Positions 15,046-25,662 are shown, counted from the stretch's first letter. The stretch is DNA of 64,000 nt from Bacillota bacterium (GCA_009784185.1 WRCD01000001.1:193698-257697), one strand, 5' to 3'. The notes: a model not told the origin generated them from the letters alone. Made by a program: numbers and translations.

Positions 15046-15885
15046 ATGAACAAAATTTGTGGTTGGAATGCATCAGAAGCCAAACAGTTTTTTGAATATT
15101 TAAAAACAAACAAAAACCAAGCCTTAAAGGCTGCTTTTAACAACTACGCGCTGCAGGCCGGGCGGAGCGCCAACAGTGTACGCAATTTTTATTATGCGGC
15201 AATGCAGAGCAAAGCAGCAGGATTGTGTGATGGATTTAACGTAAACACAGGAAGAACTTTTTCCGAAAATGAAACCGAAGGATTGATTACAGAAATATTG
15301 CAAGCCGGCAAAAACGGCGAGTCGGCAAGAAGCGTATGCAACAGACTGGCCGGCGGTGATTTGAAACAAGCTACCAGACTGCAAAACAAGTATCGCAATA
15401 CTGCTCTCAAAAACCCCGGATTAATTAAGGCATTGTCTGATAAGTTTGGTGTAAACACAGGTAAGGCAAGCGCTGAAGCAGGGAAGTTTGACAACGTAAT
15501 TAAAATGCCTGTTTCAAGCGGTGTATTAACCGATAATGATATTAAGAACTTGTTTCTGGGGCTGGTGCGTCTTGTTAAACGCCACGCCGCGGAAGAGGTG
15601 TCGCTTAACCTTAAGCGTGAATGTGAATTTGCAAACAGCACTTTACGCAACACGCTTATTGATTTGCGCAGAAAGGATAGGTTTTTGGAAGAGCTGAAAG
15701 AGCAGAATAATATGCTTACGGCAAAGCTTAGGCAGGCCAGCAACGATTTGATAAAGCTCAGAAGCGAGAATTTAGAAGTAAAGCTGAAGGCCGAGGAATT
15801 TGCAGGCAGTAAAAAAGTAAACGAGCTGCGGGAGTTTTTGGCCGGGCTTAAACAAACAAGCGAAAATATAAATCTGAGCAAATAA
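15046..15885 (+). CDS. Hypothetical protein with two Myb/SANT-like (RsfA-like) N-terminal repeats and a C-terminal coiled coil
   Basis: W..SEAKQFFEYL..ALKAAF..YA...GRSANSVRNFYY, and a second F.E.E...L...L.....S.R..C pattern. The resemblance to RsfA-type regulators rests on pattern only. Confidence 0.6.
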   Translation: MNKICGWNASEAKQFFEYLKTNKNQALKAAFNNYALQAGRSANSVRNFYYAAMQSKAAGLCDGFNVNTGRTFSENETEGLITEILQAGKNGESARSVCNRLAGGDLKQATRLQNKYRNTALKNPGLIKALSDKFGVNTGKASAEAGKFDNVIKMPVSSGVLTDNDIKNLFLGLVRLVKRHAAEEVSLNLKRECEFANSTLRNTLIDLRRKDRFLEELKEQNNMLTAKLRQASNDLIKLRSENLEVKLKAEEFAGSKKVNELREFLAGLKQTSENINLSK

Positions 15886-15915
15886 AGCAAGCAGGTACTC
15901 CGCTTGCTTTATTTC
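15885..15915 (+). terminator. Intrinsic terminator
   Basis: AAAGCAAGC-aggtactcc-GCTTGCTTT plus a T-rich tail. Confidence 0.7.
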
Positions 15916-15939
15916 TTTAATTTGTGTTAAAATTAGCGC

Positions 15940-18900
15940 ATGGAACTAACCTTAATTACAGCCGGCACTTCCGGCGGAGTTTTATACTCGCAGGTTGAAT
16001 ATATAGGTGAAAAACTAAAGTCGGGGCGAAAGCAGATAGTTGTTGTGCCCGACAGATTTTCGGTTAGTATGGAACAGCTTTTATTGGAGCGGCTTGAGCT
16101 AAGTGCGTGTTTTAATCTGGAGATTGTTAGTTTTGTGCGCCTGGCCGGTATGGTTGCGCCAAGGGAAAAGCACAAGAAAGTTTTAAGCCCGCAGGGCAGT
16201 GCGTTAATTATTGAGATGCTGCTGAGGAAGCATAGGGCAGAGCTAAAACTTTTTAAGGGCAAGAATTTGACGCATGGGTTTGCTTCGGAGCTGCACCATA
16301 CAATAGCCGCATTTAAAAGCAGCGGCATTAGTGCGGAAGATATTTGCAAGCTTGCAGTAGGAGAGGCAAAGGGGTTAAACAAAGACAAGCTTTATGATAT
16401 TGCGTTTATCTATCAAAAATATGAGCAGCACATTGCGGCACATTATATCGACACCAACGGCCTGATGGATGTGCTGGCCGGCTGCATAGATTCGTCAAGC
16501 TTTTTTGAAAACTCTGACGTGCATTTTTGCGGGTTTAATGATTTAACTGCGCAAGGAATTGCAGTGCTTGGCTCGCTGCTTAAGCGCACCGGAAATGTTA
16601 GTGCGGGTGTAGTTTATCCGGGCCGGACACAGCCGAACCGGGCTGCATATTACATAAAGTTTTACAACAAACTTGTTGACATTGCCGGCAGCTGCGGGGC
16701 GGCATTACAACATAAGCATGCTGAGGCAAGGCTCAGGCCTGAGCAGGCCAAGCTGATAGAAAACATTTACAGTTATCCGCAAAAACAGTTTTCGATACAA
16801 ACCAAGCGGTACAAGTTGTTTAACGCAAAAAACATTGAAGCCGAAGTTGAGCTTTTGGCCAGAGTGATTAAAAATAAAACAGTAGAAGGTTTGCGCTATA
16901 AAAACATAACGGTTGTGTGTACTAACCTGGAAACTTATCAGCCGGTAATAGAGCAAGTGTTTAAGCTGTACGAGATACCGTTTTATGCCGATACGGACTT
17001 AGAGTTTTCGGACACCGAACTTTACAGGTTAATAAGAAGTGCAATGGAGTGTGCCGGCAAATATTTTAGGCGCGCAGATTTTTTGGCATACGCAAAAAAT
17101 GCTATTGTTTGCAACAATGCTGCTGATATAAACAGACTGGAACTGGTATTAAACCAGTTTGGCATTGAAGGCGGCAGATTGTTTGCACCGCTGGCCGAAC
17201 CGCAGCTGGAAGAGCTTCGGCTTTATTATATGAAGCCGGTTAATACCTTTAATAAAAACATCTCCGCATGCAAAACGGCAGCGGACTTTTGTGCGGCGGT
17301 TAAAGTTTTCTTAGATGAAACAAAAGCCTCCGTGCGGCTGGAGCAGTTAAGAACAGAGGCAATGAAGTTGGGTGACATAAAAGCCGAAAGTGTTTTAAGG
17401 CAGCAATATAACAAGCTGATTGGGATACTGGAGCTTATAGAGCAGGTTTTGGGGGACAGCGAACCGGACTTAAATGAGTTTATCCGGTTGTTTGACTCGG
17501 CAAGTAAAAACGCCGGCATCGTGCCGCTTCCTATGAGTGCAGACAGTGTTTTTATAGGTCAGGCCGGCAGCAGTGTGTTTATGCAGAACCGGTTGTTTTG
17601 GCTGTTGGGCTGTACCAGTGAGATGCTGCCGGTATATACCAGGGATACCGGGCTGTTGTCCGACAACGAGGTGAGAATTATTAACGCTTCGTATAAACTT
17701 TCTCCCGGGACCAAAGACATTAATACTTTAGCGCGTCAGGACGCCATAATGCTTCTGGCAGGTTCTGATGAATGCTGCTTGTCTTATCCCAGGCAAAGCA
17801 GCGGCTCGGAAGCTGCACCGTCTTCGATTGTAGCGCAGATAAGCGGTATGTTTGATTTAAGGGTGAATCCGGCTGAAGAAATTTATGCCGAATCGGCTAT
17901 GGGAAACAAAAAGCTGCGGGCGTTTACTTTAGGTGCGCCGCTGCCGGCATTAAACCGTCTGAGTTTGGAACTTAGAACCGAAAAAGACGGAGAGGGCAAT
18001 CTGCCGCCGGACGCAGGAAGTATAAGAGAAATGTTAAGGGCCGGCAAATATGCTCCGGTTTTGGATGTTGTTATAAAAAATTGTTTAAATGCCGGACACG
18101 CAGCCAGCATAGAGAATGCAGCAGAAGTATTTTTGCCGCTTGACACCGTGCGGGTAACACAAGCTGAACGTTATTTTGAGTGCCCGTATAAGCATTTTGT
18201 TGTTTATGGGTTAAAGCTGGGTGATAATAAAACGGCCGATTTACAGGCAGCGGATGCCGGCAACATATTGCACCGTTTTGCAGAAAAATTTGTGGCAGCC
18301 GCAGCCGGCAACAATATTGCGGAAAAAGATATTTTGTCAGTTGCAACTGAATTGTTTAATGAAATAATGTGTGAGCCTGAGTTTGAACATTTTGCGCAGG
18401 CGGCTCAAAACGAGTTTGTAATTCCGGAACTCAGAGCCGAAGCCGGAAGGCTTGCTGCGGCACTATGTTATCAGCTTGAAAACGGCAAGTTTAAGCCTAA
18501 ATATCTGGAGGCTGCTTTTGGCAGTGATGAGGCATTGCCAAGATTGGAATTTAATATTTTAAATAAAACCATAACCGTTAAGGGCAAGCTGGACAGGGCC
18601 GATTTTTTTGGCAGCAAGTGCAGGGTGATTGACTACAAAACCGGCAGGAACGGAGCCCGGTTTAATTTTAAAGAGCTTTACCTTGGGAAAAAGCTGCAGT
18701 TGTTTATTTATCTGTATGCATTAACAAAAGACGGCAAGGCACAGGCGGCGGGAGCATTTTATCTGCCGGTTACAAGTGAGTTTGAAGACAGCCGGGCTAC
18801 CAAATTTTCGGCTTACAAATTAAACGGTGTAACATTGGACGACCTGGATACTCTCCTGCTGCATGATAAGCAGGTTTGCTTTGAACACCCTAAAAGTGAC

Positions 18901-19215
18901 ATTGTGCCGTTTGAAATAAGTACAAGCAAAGAAAACAAGGCCTCAGGCGAATTGAAGGCAAACAGTAATAAGGCGCATTTAACCGATACCCAGTTTAGGG
19001 GCTGTATTAAATATGCGGCGGCAATGACCAAAAACGCAATATCGGAAATTGCCGCCGGAAATATTGCGGCAAAACCCTTACGCGGCGAGTGTAATTATTG
19101 TAAGTTTTTCGGCGTTTGCAGAAGGGACGTGCTGACTAGGGGTAATCACGAGCGAAGCGGGAAGTTTGATGTGACCGCTGAAATTTTGACTAAGGCGGTG
19201 CAGGATGAGTTATGA
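15940..19215 (+). CDS. addB: ATP-dependent helicase/nuclease AddAB, subunit B
   Basis: About 1090 aa immediately upstream of and overlapping addA. C-terminal RecB-type nuclease (GKLDRADF..RVIDYKTG) with Fe-S cysteines CPYKHF...CNYCKFFGVC. Confidence 0.9.
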   Translation: MELTLITAGTSGGVLYSQVEYIGEKLKSGRKQIVVVPDRFSVSMEQLLLERLELSACFNLEIVSFVRLAGMVAPREKHKKVLSPQGSALIIEMLLRKHRAELKLFKGKNLTHGFASELHHTIAAFKSSGISAEDICKLAVGEAKGLNKDKLYDIAFIYQKYEQHIAAHYIDTNGLMDVLAGCIDSSSFFENSDVHFCGFNDLTAQGIAVLGSLLKRTGNVSAGVVYPGRTQPNRAAYYIKFYNKLVDIAGSCGAALQHKHAEARLRPEQAKLIENIYSYPQKQFSIQTKRYKLFNAKNIEAEVELLARVIKNKTVEGLRYKNITVVCTNLETYQPVIEQVFKLYEIPFYADTDLEFSDTELYRLIRSAMECAGKYFRRADFLAYAKNAIVCNNAADINRLELVLNQFGIEGGRLFAPLAEPQLEELRLYYMKPVNTFNKNISACKTAADFCAAVKVFLDETKASVRLEQLRTEAMKLGDIKAESVLRQQYNKLIGILELIEQVLGDSEPDLNEFIRLFDSASKNAGIVPLPMSADSVFIGQAGSSVFMQNRLFWLLGCTSEMLPVYTRDTGLLSDNEVRIINASYKLSPGTKDINTLARQDAIMLLAGSDECCLSYPRQSSGSEAAPSSIVAQISGMFDLRVNPAEEIYAESAMGNKKLRAFTLGAPLPALNRLSLELRTEKDGEGNLPPDAGSIREMLRAGKYAPVLDVVIKNCLNAGHAASIENAAEVFLPLDTVRVTQAERYFECPYKHFVVYGLKLGDNKTADLQAADAGNILHRFAEKFVAAAAGNNIAEKDILSVATELFNEIMCEPEFEHFAQAAQNEFVIPELRAEAGRLAAALCYQLENGKFKPKYLEAAFGSDEALPRLEFNILNKTITVKGKLDRADFFGSKCRVIDYKTGRNGARFNFKELYLGKKLQLFIYLYALTKDGKAQAAGAFYLPVTSEFEDSRATKFSAYKLNGVTLDDLDTLLLHDKQVCFEHPKSDIVPFEISTSKENKASGELKANSNKAHLTDTQFRGCIKYAAAMTKNAISEIAAGNIAAKPLRGECNYCKFFGVCRRDVLTRGNHERSGKFDVTAEILTKAVQDEL

Positions 19216-22200
19216 GTTAAAGCCGGAGCAAAGGCAGGCAATTGAACTAAGAGATAAAAACATTCTGGTATCGGCAAGCGCGGGCAGCGGCAAGACCTTT
19301 GTTTTAATTGAGCGTATTTTAAGTTTGATATTAAACGATAAAGCTGATTTAGAAAATATGCTGGTGGTTACTTTTACCAATGCTGCGGCAACGGACGTAA
19401 AACTGAAATTAGAAAATCGGCTAAGCATGGCAGCGGCGGATACTGCACTTCCGGCCGATGTGCGTGCGCATGCGTATGAGCAATTAAACAACCTGCCCGG
19501 CGCGCAGGTAAGCACCTTTCATGCCTTCTGTAAAAAACTGATTACCAGATATATTTATATTACCCCGCTGGATAACGATTTTACTGTTGCGGACGTTTTG
19601 CAGGCTCAGGCACTGGCAGCAGAGGCGTGTATGAAAACAATAGAATCGGCGTGCAGGCAGAACAGTGAGGAGTTTAAACTGCTCCGCGCCGCCTTTTCGG
19701 GAAAGCGTAATTTAAATGCATTGGGTGAAATTGTTTTAGAGCTCCACGAGTTTTTAGTTAATCAGACCGATATGCAAAAGCTTAACAAAAGGATAGAACA
19801 GCTGTATTCTGCTGACCTGGACAACAATCCGGCCTGTAAAATTCTTTTACGGGAAATGTTAGAGTTTTCTGATACCTTTGCTGCCGGGCTGCACGGCATG
19901 AAGCTAAGGGCAGAGCAGGCAAAACTTGATAAGCTGGCTGTTTTTATAGGCAATATCATTGTCCAGCTGGAAGCCGTAAACAAAAACAAATCATTTCTGG
20001 AAAACCGCAGTGCTGTTGAAAATATTAATCTTGGCAGAATGTGGAAGCCTGCTGCGGAGCCGGAGGAAGAATTTAAGCTTGAAAAAGAAAAGCTTTCAAA
20101 ACGTTTATCCGAGTTAAAGGAACTACTGCTCTCCGGGCTTACATCCGACCGGATGATTAAAGACCTGGCTGAAACAAAATTGCTGGTACATTATCTGGTT
20201 TGTCTGGCCGAAGAGTTTAAAAACAATTACAATGTAATAAAGCGCCAAAATAACATAGCTGACTTTAACGACCTTGAAACCATTGCGCTGCAGGTGCTGA
20301 GCAGCCCTGAAGCCGTAAAAGAGGTGCAGAACGAGTTTAAATATGTTTTTGTAGATGAGTTTCAGGATACCAACGATGTTCAGGAAGCAATTATTGATAA
20401 GGTTGCGGGCAAAAACAATCTTTTTGTGGTTGGTGATGTTAAGCAAAGTATTTACGGATTCCGAAATACTAATCCCGACATATTTAACAACAGGCATACC
20501 GGCTATAAACAAAGCGTTGCCGAACCTAACCGGGCGGTTGAACTTAATTACAATTTTAGAAGCGATAACGGAATCCTGCAGTTTGTAAACTACATCTTTT
20601 ACAGAATAATGACTGTTAATTCCGGCAAAGCTGATTACAAAAACACCGGAATGTTTAAGGAAGGGCAAAAACTTAGCCCGGAGCAAAAACACAGTGTGGA
20701 AGTAAACATAATAAAATCATATAAAAGCTTTGAGCCGGACGATGCTGAGGGTGTTGAGGCAGCCGCCCGGGTTTATAGTGTGGCCGACTCTCCGCTTGCA
20801 GAGGACGACAGCTTAAGGCGGGCAAAGACTGAGGCAAAAATAATTGCTTCGTATCTGGCGGAAAGAGTTAACCGGTTAAACATAACCGACAGCAGAACCG
20901 GCTTATGCAGAAAAATGCAATACGGCGATGCCGTAATTTTGGTGCGCAGCCAAAACGAATATAACGCCAATGTACAGCGTGAACTGGTTCGTCTGGGTGT
21001 GCCCATATCTTTAGGCAGCAAAAATAATCTTCTGGATTTTTACGAGGTGCAGGTGCTGCATGGCTTTATAAGTTTATTAAGCAACAGCAAACAGGACCTG
21101 GCAATGGCTTGCGTGTGTATGTCGGATATAATCGGCTTAGACGAAAATGAAATGTGCGCTATAAGAAAGTCCGGTGCGGAAAAGGAGTTTTTTGCGGCGG
21201 CAGAGGAATATGTAAACAGAAACGATGATAAAATTGCGCATAAATTAAAAAGGCTGTACAACTATATAAACCGCTGCAGAAACTGTTTAATAACCGAGAG
21301 CCTTTATTCGGTTATGTTAGGGTTTGTTAACGATACCGGCTGGTTAAGTTTGTCCGTTTCGCTTGAAGGCGGTGCCGTAAGAGCAGCCAATATAAACAGT
21401 TTTTTAATGAAACTGCTTACGGTAAACAGCTTAAATGACCTAAACGGTTACATCAAAACCATTGGAGACAACAGCGGCAAGCTTACAGAAGAGCAGACAT
21501 CTGAATACAACGCCAATGCGGTGCGCGTTGAAACAATGCATAAGAGCAAGGGCAGAGAGTTTCCTTTTGTAATTCTGGCGGGGCTCGGCTCACGGTTTAA
21601 TATAGATTCACGCAAGGGTGATTTACTGCTGGATAACAAACTTGGAATAGGCTTATATAATTATGATATTGCCGCAAGGCAGAAACATGACACCATAGTA
21701 CGCAGCGGGATTAAATTGAACATTGCATCAGAAGATTTCAGCGAAGAGATACGCCTGTTTTATGTTGCCTGTACCAGAGCTAAGTATGGCTTGATGTTGT
21801 GCGGAAGTGTTAATCCTTTAAACATTGTAAGCCGTCCCGATTGTTATGCGCTTAAGCGCTTAGACAGTTTTATGTCGCTTTTCTGCTCGGTTTTAAAACC
21901 GGATGAGATTGCTGCGCTGCGCTCCGATAAAAAACGCTTAAGCTTAACAATAAACTCCGGCAAGGCGTGTGAGTTTAGATTAAACGCACATTCTGTTAAC
22001 GAGTTTAACGAGGCTGAGAGAGTGTCCGACAGCATTAAGGTTTACAGTCTGTCTAAGGCAAATTATGAGGAGACGGCCGCTTACAGCAGTTATTGCAATT
22101 TTGTTTATCCGTATCAAAGCGCCACACGTATTGCGGGCAAAAACAGTGTTGTTAAATTGATGCAGGAATTTGATTCTGAAACAGATGGCTTTGCCCTTGT

Positions 22201-22720
22201 TGAAGGGGATGCGGCAGAATCGTTGGGCGGGTCAGATGCCGGCAGCGCTTATCATTACGCAATGGAGGTTGTTGATTTTGGTCTGGAGTCTGAACAGGAA
22301 ATAAAAAAATATCTGTCGGACAAACTTACTGCGGATGAATTGAAATTTATAGAATGCGGCAAAATATTAAAATGCCTGTGTGCTCTCAAAAATTTAGGAG
22401 CGGAACAGCACGGCAATATCACATTAAGAGAGCAGCGTTTTTATATGCTTGAAGAGCATAGCAGGCTGGTGCCGGAAAGTGAGTGTAACGACAAGATTCT
22501 GGTTCAGGGTATAATTGATTTAATAATTAGAGGGGACGATAAAACAATACTGGTTGACTATAAAACTACGCGTGCAAAAACGCCGCAGGAACTGGCCGAA
22601 AAATACCGAATTCAACTGCAAGCCTACAAAATAGCGGCAGAAGGCTCCTTAAATTGCAAACTAAGTGCGGTATATATCTATTCTTTTTATTTCGACAAGT
22701 TAATTATGATTGACATTTAG
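19205..22720 (+). CDS. addA: ATP-dependent helicase/nuclease AddAB, subunit A
   Basis: UvrD/PcrA motifs ASAGSGKT, VDEFQDTN, VGDVKQSIYGFR, TMHKSKGREF. C-terminal nuclease GIIDLI..VDYKT. Confidence 0.95.
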   Translation: MSYELKPEQRQAIELRDKNILVSASAGSGKTFVLIERILSLILNDKADLENMLVVTFTNAAATDVKLKLENRLSMAAADTALPADVRAHAYEQLNNLPGAQVSTFHAFCKKLITRYIYITPLDNDFTVADVLQAQALAAEACMKTIESACRQNSEEFKLLRAAFSGKRNLNALGEIVLELHEFLVNQTDMQKLNKRIEQLYSADLDNNPACKILLREMLEFSDTFAAGLHGMKLRAEQAKLDKLAVFIGNIIVQLEAVNKNKSFLENRSAVENINLGRMWKPAAEPEEEFKLEKEKLSKRLSELKELLLSGLTSDRMIKDLAETKLLVHYLVCLAEEFKNNYNVIKRQNNIADFNDLETIALQVLSSPEAVKEVQNEFKYVFVDEFQDTNDVQEAIIDKVAGKNNLFVVGDVKQSIYGFRNTNPDIFNNRHTGYKQSVAEPNRAVELNYNFRSDNGILQFVNYIFYRIMTVNSGKADYKNTGMFKEGQKLSPEQKHSVEVNIIKSYKSFEPDDAEGVEAAARVYSVADSPLAEDDSLRRAKTEAKIIASYLAERVNRLNITDSRTGLCRKMQYGDAVILVRSQNEYNANVQRELVRLGVPISLGSKNNLLDFYEVQVLHGFISLLSNSKQDLAMACVCMSDIIGLDENEMCAIRKSGAEKEFFAAAEEYVNRNDDKIAHKLKRLYNYINRCRNCLITESLYSVMLGFVNDTGWLSLSVSLEGGAVRAANINSFLMKLLTVNSLNDLNGYIKTIGDNSGKLTEEQTSEYNANAVRVETMHKSKGREFPFVILAGLGSRFNIDSRKGDLLLDNKLGIGLYNYDIAARQKHDTIVRSGIKLNIASEDFSEEIRLFYVACTRAKYGLMLCGSVNPLNIVSRPDCYALKRLDSFMSLFCSVLKPDEIAALRSDKKRLSLTINSGKACEFRLNAHSVNEFNEAERVSDSIKVYSLSKANYEETAAYSSYCNFVYPYQSATRIAGKNSVVKLMQEFDSETDGFALVEGDAAESLGGSDAGSAYHYAMEVVDFGLESEQEIKKYLSDKLTADELKFIECGKILKCLCALKNLGAEQHGNITLREQRFYMLEEHSRLVPESECNDKILVQGIIDLIIRGDDKTILVDYKTTRAKTPQELAEKYRIQLQAYKIAAEGSLNCKLSAVYIYSFYFDKLIMIDI

Positions 22721-22777
22721 TTTCCTCAAAACTATAATGGTTTATATAGTATGGGGTTTTATTCAGGGGGTTTACAT

Positions 22778-25111
22778 ATGGTTAGTATTTTGGGCGCGGA
22801 TAACATAATGGAATATCTGATTTCGTTTTTTGCTACTGTGGCAGAGATTGTTACTATAGACTACGTTCTGTACGGAGTACTGGGGCTGTTTGCGGCTTTT
22901 CTGATTTACGGTATTGTACGTGTTTGCCTGGCATATGAGCTGCGCAGTTTAAGAGCCATTAAAAAGATTAATAAATATCTGATTAAAAATCCACAGGTGA
23001 AAGACACAACCCTGATTGATTTTAACGGACAGATGCGTAAGCTGCCGAAAAGAATGCGTGAGCGGTGGCAGCTGTATATGCTTGAGCGTGACGGGGTTCC
23101 CAGTAAATATATGACGGGCGAGCATTGCGTTGAACGTCCGCTTAGGTACAGCAGCATCAAACAGTTTTTGCGCCAGTTTAAATACGGGGTGGCTTTGGTT
23201 GGCATAGTATCATTTCTTCTGGCTACCGGGTTTGCGGCAAGCGGTCTGGGCGAGGCTCTTTCGGTAACCTTGTTAAAAATTGCCGTGATTCCGTTGATGT
23301 TTGTTGTGCTGTGTTTTTTGTTTTGTGTTATAATCGAAGCAAGATATAGTTTTGTTACATCAGATTTGTCGGACAACTTTGCTATATTTATGCGCAATGT
23401 AGATAAATCCACAATTACTATGCCCGACTATGTGGACTACGAACTTCTGTTTACCAAACAGGAAATAAGAGAAGGCATTCCGGTTTTGCGCGAGTATCTT
23501 GAGAAGCGCGCATTAGAGGAGCAGCGGCTGATTGAAGAGGCAAAGAAAAACGCAGTTGAACACAGCCCGTATAACTTTGACGAACTGGGTATTAACGGCG
23601 CACTTCTGCTGGAGCGCGCAGTGCATGAGAGTGAGGCGTTTCTGCTGACCAGAATCCGGCTGCAGAACGAGATAAACGATTTGCATAAGGACATGGAAAA
23701 AAGCAAACGCACATTTGAGGACACCGAGAAAGAAGGACAGCGTAAGCTTCAGACTATACGGGAAAACTTAGACCGTCTTAAAAAACAGGCGGATGAAAGC
23801 ACCAACCGTATAGAGGTCAACTATATACGCAAGCAGGAAGCCGAAGAGGTTAAAAAGCAGACATATATAGAGCGTGACCTGGAGGAGTACCGTAAGAGGG
23901 CTGAGGAAGAACAGCGCAACGTTACAATAGAGATTCAGCGCAGAAAAGAAACAATTGACAGCCAGCGTGCCGGAATTGAAGTTGCGCTTAAAGCGGAATA
24001 CAATACTTTTGCAACCAAGGTATATGCCGAGCTGAACAAAAAGATGAGCGAGGACCACGCCGAGACGGTTCAGGGTTATGAGGATACTCTTGCTAAGTAC
24101 AAAGCAAAGGTAAAAGAGCTTGCCCAGGAATCCGACAGGATGGAGAGCGTAATTGAAGCAAGAAACCTGGAAATAGACAATATGCGGATGACCGGCAAAG
24201 GCAACAGAGACAAGGGCCAAAATGATTCCGGGAGGGCTCCCCGGGTAAGTGACGGCAGTAACGGAAACGAAGGATACAATGCGGTTACCGACAAATTAAA
24301 TTATGAACCGGCACCGGCTGCATACAGTTATGAGCCGGAACCTGTGGCATTTAGTCCGCCGGGGGCAAGTCAAGAGCCCGAACCCGTAAATCTTATTAAT
24401 TCCGCCGCTAAACAGTCTGTGGAGGAAGTTGTTGACTACAGCCAGTATTACGACGAAAACGGCAATCTGATTGACTTTACGGCAGGTGAGGCGGAAGGCA
24501 GCAATGTTGAGGCGGATGACTACAGCCAATACTATGACGAAAACGGCAACCTGATTGATTACAGCAGGTTTTACGACGAAAACGGCAACTATATCGGTGA
24601 GAGCACAGCTGCTCAGGAGCCGGAAGAAGTAATAGTGCCGCAAGTGGTTGCGGAAGCTCCAAAGCCTGAGATTAAAAAACCTGCGGCAAAGCCAAAGGCT
24701 GCAACTGCCAAGAAAACCAGGGTAAGCACTGCTCAGAAAAAGGCAATGCCAAGTGCAACCGGCAGGAGGCTGACCAGCAATGAAGCAACCGGAGCAAGCA
24801 AGAAGTTGGGTTCGGAAATGAATGACCTGTTAAAGCTGCAAAAGCAGATTGAAAAACAGAGTTCTGATTTGGTTAAGCAGCAGCAGGAGTTAAGGAATCA
24901 GATAAGCAATACGCTTACGGATATTGATAAAGACGACAGTATTTCTAAGGCCGAGCGCAATAAATACTTAAAGCAAATTAAGACACTTATTGAGGACCTT
25001 AAGGTTCAGGCGCAGGAAGCTAAAGACAGAGGCGCACCTAAGTCGGAACAGAATGCAATTAACAAGTCTATTATGGAACTGTTAAACGCAATTGCTAAAT
25101 ACAGCGGCTAA
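22778..25111 (+). CDS. Membrane-anchored coiled-coil protein with a YYDENGNLID triple repeat
   Basis: AGGGGG RBS before ATG 22778. Three or four N-terminal TM segments, a long K/E/R coiled coil, repeats at nt 24434-24598, and an AKP-rich tract. Confidence 0.85.
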   Translation: MVSILGADNIMEYLISFFATVAEIVTIDYVLYGVLGLFAAFLIYGIVRVCLAYELRSLRAIKKINKYLIKNPQVKDTTLIDFNGQMRKLPKRMRERWQLYMLERDGVPSKYMTGEHCVERPLRYSSIKQFLRQFKYGVALVGIVSFLLATGFAASGLGEALSVTLLKIAVIPLMFVVLCFLFCVIIEARYSFVTSDLSDNFAIFMRNVDKSTITMPDYVDYELLFTKQEIREGIPVLREYLEKRALEEQRLIEEAKKNAVEHSPYNFDELGINGALLLERAVHESEAFLLTRIRLQNEINDLHKDMEKSKRTFEDTEKEGQRKLQTIRENLDRLKKQADESTNRIEVNYIRKQEAEEVKKQTYIERDLEEYRKRAEEEQRNVTIEIQRRKETIDSQRAGIEVALKAEYNTFATKVYAELNKKMSEDHAETVQGYEDTLAKYKAKVKELAQESDRMESVIEARNLEIDNMRMTGKGNRDKGQNDSGRAPRVSDGSNGNEGYNAVTDKLNYEPAPAAYSYEPEPVAFSPPGASQEPEPVNLINSAAKQSVEEVVDYSQYYDENGNLIDFTAGEAEGSNVEADDYSQYYDENGNLIDYSRFYDENGNYIGESTAAQEPEEVIVPQVVAEAPKPEIKKPAAKPKAATAKKTRVSTAQKKAMPSATGRRLTSNEATGASKKLGSEMNDLLKLQKQIEKQSSDLVKQQQELRNQISNTLTDIDKDDSISKAERNKYLKQIKTLIEDLKVQAQEAKDRGAPKSEQNAINKSIMELLNAIAKYSG

Positions 25112-25141
25112 AACAAAAACACCCGTCAGGGTGTTTTTGTT
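25112..25141. terminator. Bidirectional terminator
   Basis: AAAAACACCC-gtca-GGGTGTTTTT. The loop contains the stop codon of the minus-strand ORF. Confidence 0.85.
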
Positions 25142-25662
25142 TCAATTGATACCACCCGGTTATCCGGCTTTGCTTCTTGTGCGTTATTTACTTTAATTCC
25201 GTCCGGCTTAAACCTGCCTGCGGATATTTTTTTATCGGTGTTATTAATCAGTAAAAAATTTTCGCCAAAGCTTATAACCTTATCAAGTTCAACTGCTTCG
25301 GTTTCGGTGCTTATACTTAATGCCGAATAATTTTCGTTTAAATTTACATCTTTTACCAGACCCAGGGTTTTGCCGTCTAAATCCAGTACGGTTTTGTTAA
25401 TTAATGAGGCCGGCAGCTCGGACTCTGTTCCGGCTTCAACAATAATTTTTGAGGTGTTCCTTATTAATATGATGCCCGTATTTAAACTGAAGATGTCTCT
25501 GACCAAAAGCCGCTTGATGGTTTCGGTTTCTTCGTCAGCTATCCGCAGTGCGGTTATTTTTTTATAGCCGGCATCGGCCGCTGCTGCAGTTACATAACCC
25601 TCGTACTTTCCGTTGTATACGCTGATTACCCGGCTGCCTATAATATCTGTTAGTTTTGGCAT
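25126..25662 (-). CDS. PRC-barrel-like protein (two repeats)
   Basis: DIIGSRVISVYNGKYEGYV and LINKTVLDLDGKTLGLVKDVNL resemble YlmC/YmxH-type PRC barrels. Based on pattern only. Confidence 0.6.
   Translation of the reverse strand: MPKLTDIIGSRVISVYNGKYEGYVTAAAADAGYKKITALRIADEETETIKRLLVRDIFSLNTGIILIRNTSKIIVEAGTESELPASLINKTVLDLDGKTLGLVKDVNLNENYSALSISTETEAVELDKVISFGENFLLINNTDKKISAGRFKPDGIKVNNAQEAKPDNRVVSIETKTP

Noticed and set aside
15192-15890. 232-aa minus-strand ORF antisense to 15046-15885
   Set aside because: It has an S/L/F-rich low-complexity composition and no RBS. The sense-strand ORF has the more protein-like sequence and its own terminator.
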